From Octopus sinensis (Eukaryota), in contig NC_043004.1 in the NCBI RefSeq assembly GCF_006345805.1, positions 105,834,001 through 105,898,000 on the forward strand: a stretch of DNA of 64,000 nt. The letters run 5' to 3'. Positions 37,779-51,519 of the stretch are shown one piece after another. Numbering within the stretch: position 1 is the first letter of the stretch; every line of letters begins with the position of its first letter. The translations under genes were made by a program, and so were the position numbers. Below the pieces are notes generated by a model, which saw nothing but the letters and a program-made list of their open reading frames with translations, had not been told where the DNA came from and did no database searches.

Positions 37779-38175
37779 TGCGCAGGAGTGGCTGTGTGGT
37801 AAGTAGCTTGTTTACCAACCACATGATTCCAGATTCAGTCCCACTATATAGCACCTTGGGCAAGTGTCTTCTCCTATAGCCTCGGGCCGACCAAAGCCTT
37901 GTGAGTGGATTTGGTAGATGGAAACTGAAAAGAAGCCCGTCGTATATATGTATATGTATATATATATGTGTATGTGTGTTTGTCCCCCCAACATTACTTG
38001 ACAACCGATGCTGGTGTGTTTACGTTCCCGTAACTTAGCAGTTCAGCAAAAGAAACCAATAGAATAAATACTAGGCTTACAAAGAATAAGTCCTCGGGTT
38101 GATTTGTGTGGCTAATGGTGGTGCTCCAGCATGGCCGCAGTCAAATGACTGAAACAAGTAAAAGAGTAAAAGAGT
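37779..38175 (+). mobile_element. SINE family A
   Basis: Full-length consensus match. Confidence 0.85.
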
Positions 38176-38529
38176 ATGTATGTAAGTATGTCTCTTCTGT
38201 TATTAATTATTTAAATTCTTCCTTTGAAAAAGGAGCTAGTTTCTAACAAAATCCCAAACTCCATCATTGTAATGTAGATAATGAAAACAATGTTACATTT
38301 TAAACCTGAGAAAAGTCTTGCATAGTCTTACTTTTCTGCTTACAGATTGTATTGGTAATGTGTGAGTCAGATGGGTGATTTATTTTTCTGAAAATCCTAG
38401 TTTATCTAGACTGACAGTTAGACATTTACTTACAAAACGAAGTTCACTAATTATTATTGGTATAAATGTAAATTTGTAGTCCAGATATAGAAGTTGGAGG
38501 TATGTATTTATATATCTATATGTATGTAC

Positions 38530-38560
<31 letters not shown>

Positions 38561-40675
38561 TGTATGTGTATGTATGTATGTATGTATGTATGTTTAGATA
38601 TGTATGTATTATATTTCAAAGAGTAGTAGAAAATATGGATTCAGAGACTCAAGTGGTGTTTGCAGTAAGCTCTCCATTCAGAATTGGTTCTCAGTTTACA
38701 TAATAACCAATTATCTTGTAGTGTAATGTAGTAGTCTGCAAAACTAAAAATCCTGGAAATCTGAACAATAAATTTTTCCTTGAGGAATAAATAAAGAATA
38801 AAATTAGCAGGAGTGAAAAGTGAAGATAGATTTAACTTTCCATATGACTTTCCAATGATTACAGCTGTTTCATAACCACTATCAAGTAATAATTAATTTC
38901 AGCATGTAAAATCATATGCAAATGCTTTCACTAATATTATTATAAAGTGTGGTTTAAGGGAGAATTGGCTGCTATTATGCATTACAATTGAATATTCACA
39001 AGTTAATGCAAATAAAGAAAGTTAACAGATCAGATCATCAGAGACTTTATGGTTACATTTACAATTCAACTCTAAATATACACACAAAATATACCCTTTA
39101 CATGTACAATGTTTGGAAGGCCCTTTGCATGTCCAATGATTGACAAGACTACATTAATTTGATCAGTAAAAGGAGAACAACAGTGCAAAGTTTTGTTCTG
39201 TGGTGTTAGTCTTTACAGTAGAATTTTAGTTTTGAACTCACTCAAATCAATAAGTCAAAGCACTCTAAATAAATACATAAATAAATATATAAATAAATAA
39301 ATAAATGAAAGAATGTACAATCCTTAATTTAAGCAAAATAACAAAAAGAATTAAATAAAATAACATAAGTAAACATAAGAAAAATATAAGAAATTGCAAA
39401 ATATAATTCACAGATAAGAGTACCAAAGAATACAAGAAGAATCTTATAAACGTTTTGAAAGATATTCTTCTGTAGACAAAGATTCTAAAGATTCTAAAAG
39501 AATTTTTGCATGAGTGCTTCAATGATGGAATTCACTCATGAACTTGAAAAACGATGTTCTTCAACAATCAACTTTTATTCAAATTCTGCCACAATTACAT
39601 AGATCCAGAAAAATTGAAATAACTACTACAATATTGCACACATACATAAACACACACACACACACATATTAACAGTTATCTACATTTATACATACATATA
39701 GTCCCATGCATACATACTCACATACAAAAATACATACATACATACGTGGTTGTGTGCATGTGTGTGTGAGTGTGTGCATGTGTATGTGTGTGTGTGTATA
39801 TATATATATATAAGGCTAAGTAAAATCGCTGTCATTCATACATATGTATGTATATACACACACATGCATATATATGCATGCTCACATATGCACACAGTAC
39901 ATACATATATAAAGTCCTGTATGGTGTTATTACAGGGGTAGTCAATGGTTATAGTGTTATTAGTTATACAATTTAAATTTTCACATTTAAATTTTGCAAA
40001 GTATTCAACATTATTTGGCATGGTGGAGTAAAATAGTTTTACTGTGTGTCTATTGAAAATTTTATGAATGAGAGGAAGTATTTGAGAGGAAGGTTTGGAA
40101 AATTTTACCTGCCACATTTAAGCAACATTTAGACTGAAGTGGGGTGCTGAGCCACAAAATAATGTGTTTATGTAACCTATTGTTTTTTCTAATCTTGTTT
40201 CTATTAGATGTAGTAAGACTTTGTGCAGTTATTATTTATGCACTCTGGTTTACTATGGTAATAGCTACTATTCTAGTCATATTATCCCTTTGAGAATAGG
40301 TCTGCCCAATGTGAGCAGCAACTAGGCTCCTGTACAATTCATCACCAATTAGCTTTGGTCATCTCATTTCCAAACCATTCACAAACACTTATTATATCCA
40401 TTACCACTACAATCCTCACCTGTATATCAACATCATTGCACTCCATATCAACCCTTATCATTACCTTCATCATATACCAACACTTTTGCATCCTCCAGCA
40501 CCTTATACTACAACTCTGCATCCACATTTCACACCATCGTCATTCTCTTTTGCTTTTCCTTCTGACCACAACCACTATCACTTTCTACTCACCATTCTTG
40601 TTTTATAATTTTGCTTCAGCGCTAGGACTCATAAAGCTGGTTTGCCAGTTCCAATGTATATAAATGACCAAGATC

Positions 40676-40912
40676 ACATTTTTCCTGAAGAGGATGCTAG
40701 TCCATTGCAGGATTCAAGGCTAGCAATTCTGAGAGGTGGGAACAAGTCGATTACATTAACTCCTGTACTTGACTGGTACTTTATTTTATCAATCCTAAAA
40801 GAATGAAAGGGAGGGTTGACCTTGGTGGAATTTGAACTTAGAACATCAAGAGCCAGAAGAAATGTCATTCAGACCTTTGTCCCATGTGCTAATGATTCTG
40901 CTAACTCACTGT
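40676..40912 (-). mobile_element. SINE family C, decayed
   Basis: Similar to the reverse complement of 28168-28385. Confidence 0.65.
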
Positions 40913-42924
40913 CCTTCCTCATCATCATTGCCAACTACAAATCTATATTTCTACCAGTCCTCACTACCATCTTACATGACAACCCAACCATGTACCCTCC
41001 ACCCTCACATTCTCCAGCTGCACCACCAAATGTCACACAACATCCTATCTCCGACATCCTTTACTATCATTACAATATCCTTGCGCTGTCCATTAGCATC
41101 AGAAATGCAGTACCTGCCAGTGATATCACTACCACAAAACCATGCCAGAAATTTAATACCAGTCTTTTATATATTTATATATTTATAGCAAAAGTTACAA
41201 ACAACATTATTACACAGTAGAATATTCTTCATAGCAATATTGCTGTATATATTGCATCTGTTTTGATATGATGTGATATTTTGTTTTTTTAATTCTTGTA
41301 TTTCACATCAAGTGTTCCACATCATCATCATTTAACATCCATTTCCCATTCTAGCATAGGTTGGATGGTTCAACAGGTGCTGATGAAGCAAAGAATTGCA
41401 ACAAACTCCAGCATCTGCTTTGACATAGTTTCTTATGGCTGGTTGCCCTTCCTAACACCAATCATTTGACAGAGTGCACTGGGTGCTTTTTATGTGGCCC
41501 CAGCACTAATAAAGTCAACTCACAAGACAAGATCCCTCAATTGAGTGGGTGAATTAGTCGAGTGAGTTGATTTTGTACCAGGTGATGAGAATCTAAAATA
41601 TGAGAGAAGAGATATATGGTTACCCCAGTTGGAAGAGAGGGAGGACTGTGGGGAAAATGTGTCACGGCATACCCTCAAGTCACAGGAGGGTGAATAAAAG
41701 AGAGGTAGTAAGGTTTATTTTGAGGGCCTGTGCTGTTTACCAGTGTTTGGTATTCACTGTGTAATTTCTTATTCAAACTCGTTCCTCAAACTTCTGATCA
41801 AGCAATAGTTACTCTGCTGTTGCTTTCTTATTACCATTCTCTTTTCGAGGGGATGTGCTTGGGAGAAAGTACCTGGGTATTTCATTGGGACATAGATTTC
41901 TTTCTTATGTTCAAAGAACTGATGTAAGAATGCTTTATTTCTCTTAAATTCTAAGTTCCATTTTGAACGTTTTTTGCATATCTACAGTATTATTGCTAAC
42001 TTTGTTAAAAGTGAAAAAAATGCTGCAAGTATATCTTCAAAATATCATGAAGATATCCAATTAGATTTTTCTCTGAATATCAATGATCATATCAATATGA
42101 ATTGCTGTTATTGCTATCTGCCTCTTACAGCAAAAAGAAGCATTTGTAGATTCTTGACTTTATCTCATTGTGAAATCCTTATTCATGATTGATTACTTCG
42201 AGACAAGATATGTGTAATTCTTTGTTTGTTGGCATCAGTTGGTCAAACATCAAATATTCAGAATACTCAACTTTGTCTTATATTCAATATGTACAGTTGT
42301 AAGAGTTTGGCTTGTTGCTATGCAGAACTTCACCATTCTAACATTTATCAGAGATATAGGTGATGGATTGGCAGAAATAATAGAGTCTCAGAATAAAGAT
42401 GTTGTGATAATAAGATCTATTTCTTTCTGAATTAGAAGCTGTTCTAACAATGTAAACATCACTGATGTCACATACTTAATGTATATGCTTTGTTTATGCA
42501 CTTATTGGGTGCAGGATTCCTCCACGATAAAGTTCCTTCTCAACATTTTAAAGGGACTTTTCCTTGGACAAATCCCACAGTCAATAGGCACATAAACAAG
42601 ACATGTGCATTAAATATGTGATATCAGTAATATTTTTTTGTGTTCTGAGTTCAAAACCCACAGAGGTTAAGCTTGATTTTCAACCTTCCAGGGCTAATAA
42701 AATTTACAGACTTGATACATAAAAATCAATATTAACCAGAGGATATCATATAATTTTTTTAATATCAAGAAAAAAATTAGATATTTTTATATAAATGTTA
42801 CCATTGTATTGTGTCTTTTGATATTTTAATTTTCCCAATATTAACAACTGAGGATGGTTGAGCAGGCAGAATCGTTAGCATGCCAAGCAAAATACTCAGA
42901 GGTATTTCATCCATATTCCTTTAT

Positions 42925-43103
42925 TCATTTATTTGTTTCATTCATTTGACTGTGGCCATGCTGGAGCACCATTTTTAGTTGAGCAAATCGACCCTAGGAC
43001 TTATTCTTTATTTTATCAGTTCTTTTGCTGAACTACTAAGTCACAGGGATGCTAACACACCAGCATCGATTGTCAAGTGATGTTAGAGGGACAAGCACAG
43101 ACA

Positions 43104-43141
<38 letters not shown>

Positions 43142-43601
43142 AATTAAGGACTGAACACGAAAAAGTGGACAGTCAACATGCTAGATATAGACGTCAAATC
43201 GCCATTCTCCACAAAGATTTTGTTCTCAAATAAAATAAAATTCAGCACGACCTAAAGCAATAGATAAGACAAAAGAAATATACGAAATGGAATAATCACC
43301 TGCGTACCGAACGGTTTCAGCTATTAATATCACAAGGATATCTGTAGCTTCGTCAGCGCAGTTTGTTATGAGCATAATATGCTGTACTAGATGAAAAACG
43401 GTACCGGAGTCCCATATGCAAAAAGTACAACCTATTAAGTTTGGATGTATCTTTCAAATGCCTCTACTTTTGGCGCGCTGAGACTTGAAAAACCAGCCTG
43501 CAGCTAATAATTAGCAGCAGTCAATTTATCGGTTTGAGAACATATATTTCATATTTAAAAATTAAGGGTAAAAATTGATATTAGTCAATTAAAACCAGTG
43601 G

Positions 43602-43640
<39 letters not shown>

Positions 43641-43790
43641 ACAGGCTACTTTCAGTTTCTGTCAACCAAATCCACCCACAAGCTTCGGTTGGCCCAAGGC
43701 TATAGTAAAAGACACTTGTCCAAGGTGCCACACAGTGGGACTGAAACCAGAACCATGTGGTTGGTAAGCAAGCTATCACACAGACACTCC
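42925..43790 (-). mobile_element. SINE family A split at its TA array by a hammerhead-bearing element
   Basis: Tail at 42925-43086 and head at 43640-43790; foreign 43140-43600 segment lies between (TA)n tracts. Confidence 0.75.
43300..43361 (-). ncRNA. Type I hammerhead ribozyme, all core nucleotides present
   Basis: CUGCG-CUGACGA-AGCUA..UAGCU-GAAA-CCG-UU-CGG-UA|CGCAG; predicted cleavage between 43305 and 43304. Confidence 0.8.
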
Positions 43791-44599
43791 TGTGCCAATC
43801 TTCACATTCTGAGTTCAAATTCTGCCATGATTGACTCTGCCTTTCATCATTTTGGGTTCGATAAAATGGGTACCATTCATGTCCTAGGATTGATATAATT
43901 GTCTTACCCCTTCCCCCGAAATTACTGGTCATGTGCTAAAATTCGATTTCAATGTTAAGAACTTAAGAAGACATCTACAACAGACAACATCATTTGCTGA
44001 GACAAAGTTTTATCTTTAACTTCTCAAAGATATTGGAGACTTTACTTCTTATTTGTATCAAAACAGCCATCATGTAAATCTCTTGCAATCTAATTCGTCT
44101 GATAAATTCAAACATCACATACTTTGTTCAATATTCATTCTGTGATTTCTACTCTTTTGTTTTGAAATTAATCACACCACACTCCATCCTTTGATCTGTT
44201 GTGTCTTCACTGCACAGCTGTGATTTGTGACTTGTGAATTTAAACAGTTATTTCAATGATCATAAGCATTATTCATTTGTTCAAAGTACATACTTTAGTC
44301 TGCTAGAATGGAGAAGTCTACAAGATGAACATGTAATTTTTTTTTTATATATATAAATATAATTAAATTTTATTTGATTTTCTTCCACACTGATGTCCAA
44401 ACAGTTTGCTTTTCCAAGCTGTCAGTGTAGAGTTATGTTATATAATAAGGGTAGATGCCATATCATATATTTAGATACAGTTTATTATACTTGTTTGCAT
44501 CACTGGAATATCACTGGAATATCAAACTTGCTATCATGAAAATTATAAATAAGGTAAACTTGCATAGCTTTCCATAATACATTGTGAACTAATCCCCCA

Positions 44600-44933
<334 letters not shown>

Positions 44934-45249
44934 GGGAGAGAAGGAGAGAGAAGAAAATGTGGGATAGATAGAAATAGTGCTGAAGTGAATCAGTAACACA
45001 GCCCTAGTTTATACCTCATATTTGCACCATATGTTTTTCGGTACATGTTTCATAACAGTCGCTACTCACATCAGCATGAAATCCGAGATGTTTTTTTAGG
45101 AAAGGGAGAATGGGAAGTAGTGACGTTCATACTTTTTCCGGCCATTTGCATTTTTGTGTCTGTTTATACTGAGTGTCAGTAAGCAATATGAAACATTGTT
45201 GTATCACTCAGAAAGGAATTATCACTAATTCCACAGGTGCAATCATCAT

Positions 45250-45735
45250 CATTATCATTATCATTATCATCATCATCATCATCATCGTCATCATCATCAT
45301 TAACGTCCATGGCATGAGTTGGACTGTTTGACTGAAAACTGGTAAGCTGGGGAGCTGCACTAGGTTTCAGTCTGATTTGACATTGTTTCTACAGCTGGAT
45401 GCTCTCCCTGATGCCAACCACTCCAAAAGCATAGGGAGTGCATTTTACATGCCACCAGCACAGGTGCCAGTTATGTGATCATCAACATCGGCTAAACTAC
45501 AATCTCACTTGGCTTGAAAGGTCTTCTCAAGCACAATATATTGCCAAGGATATTGGTCACTTGTCACTGTCTCCATGAGGCCCAAAGTTCAAAGAGTGCT
45601 TTTTATGTGCCACCACCACGGGTGCCAGATTTGCGACACTGGCATCAGCCATGACTACGATTTCACTTGGCTTGACAAGTCTTCTAAAGCACAGTATATT
45701 GTCCAACATTTAAAGGGTGCTTTTTACGTGCCAAT
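45250..45735 (-). mobile_element. RTE 3' end, decayed
   Basis: (CAT)n tail and 3' UTR similarity. Confidence 0.7.
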
Positions 45736-45808
45736 ATATATATATAAGAATTTTTTGCATAATGAGATAAAAAACCAAGGTCGTGTAGGTATTAGAACAT
45801 TTAGATAG

Positions 45809-45860
45809 GTCTTACAACTGTTTCCAGGATATTTATTAATTATATCTCTTCATCGGAGAC
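45809..45860 (-). ncRNA. Decayed type I hammerhead-like motif (U4C)
   Basis: GTCT-CCGATGA-AGA-GATAT..ATATC-CTG-GAAAC-AGTT-GTA|AGAC inside a (TA)n-flanked ~350-bp element. Confidence 0.5.
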
Positions 45861-46143
45861 GGTGTGAGAGGATGGTTAAGTCACAGTTAGTTTAGATGTG
45901 ATACAAAATAGAGAGTGAGGTGGAGGAAAGAAAATAGATGCAAGATATGTATGGATATTGAAGTTGTAAATCCATTTTTAGGCAGAATGGTATATATGTA
46001 ATATTCCAATACTCTATGAGTAAAGTCCAAAAGTCCAACAGAGTTTAAAATGGGTCTGTCCAAATATAGAGTTTATACACAATGTAAGATTCCCTTATAT
46101 ATATATATATATATATGCATATATATATATGTATATATACATG

Positions 46144-46177
<34 letters not shown>

Positions 46178-46319
46178 TTCAGATGAATATGGATTAAGTT
46201 GAGGCACCAGAATTATCCATACAATTTCAAAATAAGATGATTCAAATCAAAATAAGCAACAGGGATACTGCATTACCTCAGGATATCATTGCTGCTTATT
46301 TTGATATATATATATATAT

Positions 46320-46620
46320 ATGCGAGTGTGGTCGTTGCCAGTGCCGCCAGACTGGCTTCCATGCAGGTAACACATAAAAACACCTTTTGAGTGTGGTCAT
46401 TGCCAGAACCACCTAACTGGCCCTCATGCCAGTGGCACGTAAAAGCAGCCACTACACTCTTGGAGTGATTGGCGTTAGGAAGGGCATCCAGCTGTAGAAA
46501 CTTTGCCAGATCAGATTGAGTCTGGTGCAACCTCTGGCTCACCAGTCCTTAGTCAAACCGTCCAACCCATGCCAGCATGGAAAACGAACGTAAAATGATG
46601 ATGATGATGATGAGGATGAT
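46320..46620 (+). mobile_element. RTE 3' tail
   Basis: Conserved tail ending in (GAT)n. Confidence 0.8.
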
Positions 46621-47091
46621 GTGTGTGTGTGTGTGATATAAACAAGGAAGTGATATTTTTTCGAACACAGTATTGCCATTAGAACAGTAGAAATCTCCCA
46701 AGACTCCAGCTGGGTGGTTTTACCATTAAGCTAAAATGCTCATTGACAATTCTTCTACTGAGTTTAGACACTAAATAGCTTATTGGAACAACCACATGTG
46801 TACATATATAAACAAACATACATTTGTCTTCATTAGAAGTGTTGAAATGTATGATACAAACAAGGAGGTGATATTTGAATGCAGTTTTGTTGCTAGAACA
46901 GCAGAAATAATGGTTGAATTACACTTAGAAGGTGGAAAATGTTATCAACAAAACAGCCATGAGACTCCTGGCTTATATTGCACTATACAAATTTCGATGC
47001 ATCTAATAAATATAAATGTAAGTTTAATTATGTATATATACATTTATATATATATATACTTTATTTAAATCAGCAGAAAATTCAACAAAAT

Positions 47092-47129
47092 CTGTTACTC
47101 TGAGTTTCTCGTTGCCGTTCATCAGACAG
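47092..47129 (-). ncRNA. Minimal type I hammerhead ribozyme candidate
   Basis: CUGU-CUGAUGA-A-CG-GCAA-CG-A-GAAA-CUC-A-GAG-UA|ACAG. Confidence 0.65.
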
Positions 47130-47284
47130 TTTTTGCTAGAATATATATATATTTATATACATATATACATAAACCCTCCTTCTTTCCTTCTTTCCTGAGC
47201 GTCCAATAATACTATATTTGTTCCACGTCCTCGCGTTGTTGTGTTTTTTTGTGCTTTCTAGTTTGGATTAACTTTATATATATA

Positions 47285-47818
47285 TCATCATCATCATCAT
47301 CATCATCGTTTAACGTCCGTTCTCCATGCTAGCATAGGTTGGACGGTTCGACCGGGGATCTGGGAAGCCAGAAGGCTGCACCAGGCTCCAGTCTAATCTG
47401 GCAATGTTTCTACAGCTGGATGCCCTTCCTAACGCCAACCACTCCGTGAGTGTAGTGGGTGCTTTTTACGTGCCACTTGCACAGGTGCCAGGCGAGGCTG
47501 GCAACGGCCACGGTCGGATTGGTGTATTTTATGTGCCACCGGCACGGAAGCCAGTCGAGGCGGTGCTGGCATCGGCCACGAGTCGGATAGTGCTTTTTAC
47601 GTACCACCAGACCAGGGATCCTGGCTGGTTCAATTCGATTTCTATCTCGCTTGCCCCAACATGTCTTCACAAGCAGAGGGGGTTGGCATGGGTGCCTGTT
47701 GTACGGTCGGAATGGAGTATTTTACGTGCCACCGGCACGGAAGCCAGTCGAAGCGGCACTGGCATCGGCCACGAGTCGGCGCTGGCATCGGCCACAAGTC
47801 GGCGCTGGCATCGGCCAC

Positions 47819-47820
<2 letters not shown>
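47285..47820 (-). mobile_element. Young RTE 3' end with reiterated UTR modules
   Basis: (CAT)n tail; repeated TTTTACGTGCCACCGGCACG modules; 23-bp GGCGCTGGCATCGGCCACRAGTC repeats; (TA)n on both sides. Confidence 0.9.
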
Positions 47821-47895
<75 letters not shown>

Positions 47896-48071
47896 CACAT
47901 ATATCATCATCGTTATCATCATCATTGCCATTCAACATCCATTTTCCATGCTGGCATGGATTGGACAGTTGGAGAGATGCTAGCAAGCTCCAATTGTCTG
48001 TTTTGATGTAGTTTTTACAACTAGTGCCAACAACTTCGCAGAGTCTACTGGGTGCTTTTTACATGACACCA

Positions 48072-48154
<83 letters not shown>

Positions 48155-48225
48155 GATAGAGATATATACACATTATACATATATATATATATATACATAT
48201 ATACATACATATATATACATATATG

Positions 48226-48295
<70 letters not shown>

Positions 48296-48981
48296 TATAT
48301 GCATACACATCTTTGTCTCATTATCATTGTCTACTTTTCCATGCTTTAATAGGTCCAATGGAAATTGATGAAACAAGCTTCCTACAGCTGGATGTCCCTC
48401 CTGTAGCTAACCCTCACCTGTTTCCAAGGGAAGTATTATTTCCCCCCTGGTTGGACATATTTCCAAGGACAATTGGAAAAAGACAACCTCTATTTGCATG
48501 GTGGTGATAATCACTTACAGCTATCACATGATGTAAAGACAAGGGTACATGCATAACATGCATGCTCACATACATACACACACACACAAACACACACACG
48601 TGTGTGTGTGTGTGTAACTCATGCCAGTATGGAAAATGAATGTTAAATCATGAAGATGATGTAAAATTATATATGTTAGTTAGTTAATTTTTTGGCTCAA
48701 AAAGCAAAAAGCAAGGCCATGTAGGGGGACATGGAGTTATGTACAGGGTGGTGTTCATGTAAAGAGTTCAGGCCAGGCCACTTGAGGTCAAGGGAGACTT
48801 TGAACCGAGCGTCCATATACATGGACCTGTGTGTGTGTGTGTGTGTGTGTGTACTTTGGTAACCAGTAAATTAAAAACTGAAGTGATCTATTTCACCCCT
48901 GTGCATCAATTTTTATATACATTTAGTGTTATTGGGCATTGTGAGAGACACCTATTAACAGTTGTCACATATTTCATAGTT

Positions 48982-49034
<53 letters not shown>

Positions 49035-49439
49035 ATATATATACATAGTTACTGTTTATATAATCCACAGCAAGACTCATAAGCACATGCACATGTGTGC
49101 ACTCGCACACACATATCCACATATCCTGCTGTGGCCTTTTTTCTTTATACAGTCTTTTATAAACAAGTCCTTAACTATAACTGTTAATTCTAAACATTAG
49201 CAAAACCACCACTCTTCCAGTATTTGGTAATCACGAAGCAGCTTATCTCAACAACTTTTGAAAATAATGACATAAAACATTTAGGTTACATATTTTCATT
49301 TGGTTCTACTTTGCATTTTTTTCCTGTTTTTTTTTAATTATATTTGTCAATTATGCTTCATTCACTGATTAAGGTCTGTTCTCTCTTCATAATTCTCCAT
49401 TTATCTAATGTCTCAGTTTTATCTAAGAGTTCCTTATTT

Positions 49440-49475
<36 letters not shown>

Positions 49476-50421
49476 AAACTATACCAGAGTACCATTGCAA
49501 CATCTGTCTATGCCCAGAACACATATGAATGTCACTATACAAATGATGAAACATCTCTATCTAGGTCTGAGACAGACTGTATCAGAGCATCAGGTACTCT
49601 ACCAATCCTGCTCTAGTCTGAAAATATGTATATCAGAGTATGTATGCATCATTGAAATACCACTTTAGGTATGAGATACACTGTATTAAAGTATTATTAC
49701 AAAATCTGTATTGTCTTGACATAGAGACTACTACAGCCTTAGATGACTATATTGTTCATCAACATCATCGTCATCATCATCATTATCGTCATCATCATCG
49801 TCGTCGTCATCATTATCATTGTCATCGTCATTATCATTATCGTCATCATCATCGTTGTCATCATCATTATCATTGTCATCATCATCAATTTAACATCTAC
49901 TTTTCTTTGTGTGCATGGGCCAGTTGTGATTTGTTGAGGCAAATTTTCTACGACTGGATGCTCTTTATGTTACCAACCCTTACTTATTTCTAAGCAAGAT
50001 ATTCTGCAGAATATTTGAAAGGAATGACATTCATTTACAACAATCACATAATGTCAAAATAATAGGACAGAAACATACGCACACTCATCACCATCATCAT
50101 CATCATCATCATCATCATCTATTAACGTCCGTTTTCCATGCTGGTATGGGTTGGACGGTTTGATTGAGGTCTGGAGAGCCAGTGGCTTCACCAGGCTGCA
50201 ATCTGATCTGGCAGAGTTTCTACAGCTGGATGCCCTTCCTAATGCTAACCACTCTGAGAGTGTAGTGGGTGCTTTTTACAGGCGGACCTGGCATTGACTA
50301 TGTTTGGATGGTGCTTTTTACGTGCCACTGGCATGGGAGCCAGTCAGGTGGCCTGGCATCTATCATGTTCATGTGCTTTTCTTGTGCCTCCAGCAAATGA
50401 CTGAAACAAGTAAAAGAATAA

Positions 50422-50460
<39 letters not shown>

Positions 50461-51519
50461 CTATATATATATATATATGTTTGTGTCTGTGTTTGTCCCC
50501 CCAACAACACTTGACAACCGATGTTGGTGTGTTTACGTCCCCTGTAACTTAGTGGTTCAGCAAAAGAGACCAATAGAATAAGTACTAGGCTTACAAAGAA
50601 TAAGTCTTGGGGTTGATTCATTTGAGTAATGGTGGTGCTCCAACATGACCACAATCAAATGACTGAAACAAGTAAAAGAATAAATGAATATATTATATAT
50701 ATATATATATATATACATACATTCATACATATATATAGATATACAGATATAATATATATGTATGTATGTATAAAATATTAAATATATATAAATTCTACCA
50801 TTGTTTCAGTTCTGGGATTATTTATACGAATTTACTGCTATTTCTTCTGAATGCTTTTACAAACCTCTTGTGGTCGTAACTTTGTAAGTTACCATTATCT
50901 AACTTGTACCCCACCTCCTACTGTATATCCACTATACACCCAGTGCCAGTGTTTTTTTTTTGTATTCTAGATGTCTATAGATATCATCATTAGGTTTATT
51001 ATATTCTGTTTCTTATCTTCCAATTGATTATATAAAGACTTTAACTCATTCATACAACTAGCATATCGATGCCTTCTTATTTGTTTTTATCATTTATTGT
51101 CAATAATACAATATCTTGGTAAAACGCCTTTCTCTACCCCCTTTTTTTTTTTTTTGCTATATGTTCTGTCGTGATCTTTTATATCTAAACATTTCTGCAT
51201 GTGTTATTGGACAAATTTTTTATTTAGGACTTTTCTACCTAACCTGGTCCATTGTGGATGGCTTTTAAATTTCCTCATTTTCATCCTTTTTCTTTCCTCT
51301 TTTTTTTTCTTTTTTGGTAAATGTTCTTGTACTGTGATCATTCAATATCTTTCTGTAAGCATCCAGTTAAGTTAATAGAAACTAATGATGTCACCATTGT
51401 ATGTTCACTAAGCCTGCTAGAAATACCAGCCAAATCTCCATCACCTAAAAAAAAACAGGACAAACACATTATATAATGTTGTTTAGATACAATTATGTAT
51501 GAAAATAAGAAACCAAGGC

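Noticed and set aside
39410-39520. Protein-like frame RIQEESYKRFERYSSVDKDSK
   Set aside because: Short, bounded by stops, no convincing splice sites
41760-42480. Possible minus-strand exon (TAG|ICKKRSKW..KYP|GT)
   Set aside because: Neighbouring frames give NYTYLVSK and NEIKSRI with many stops, which fits an ancient RTE-like relic better
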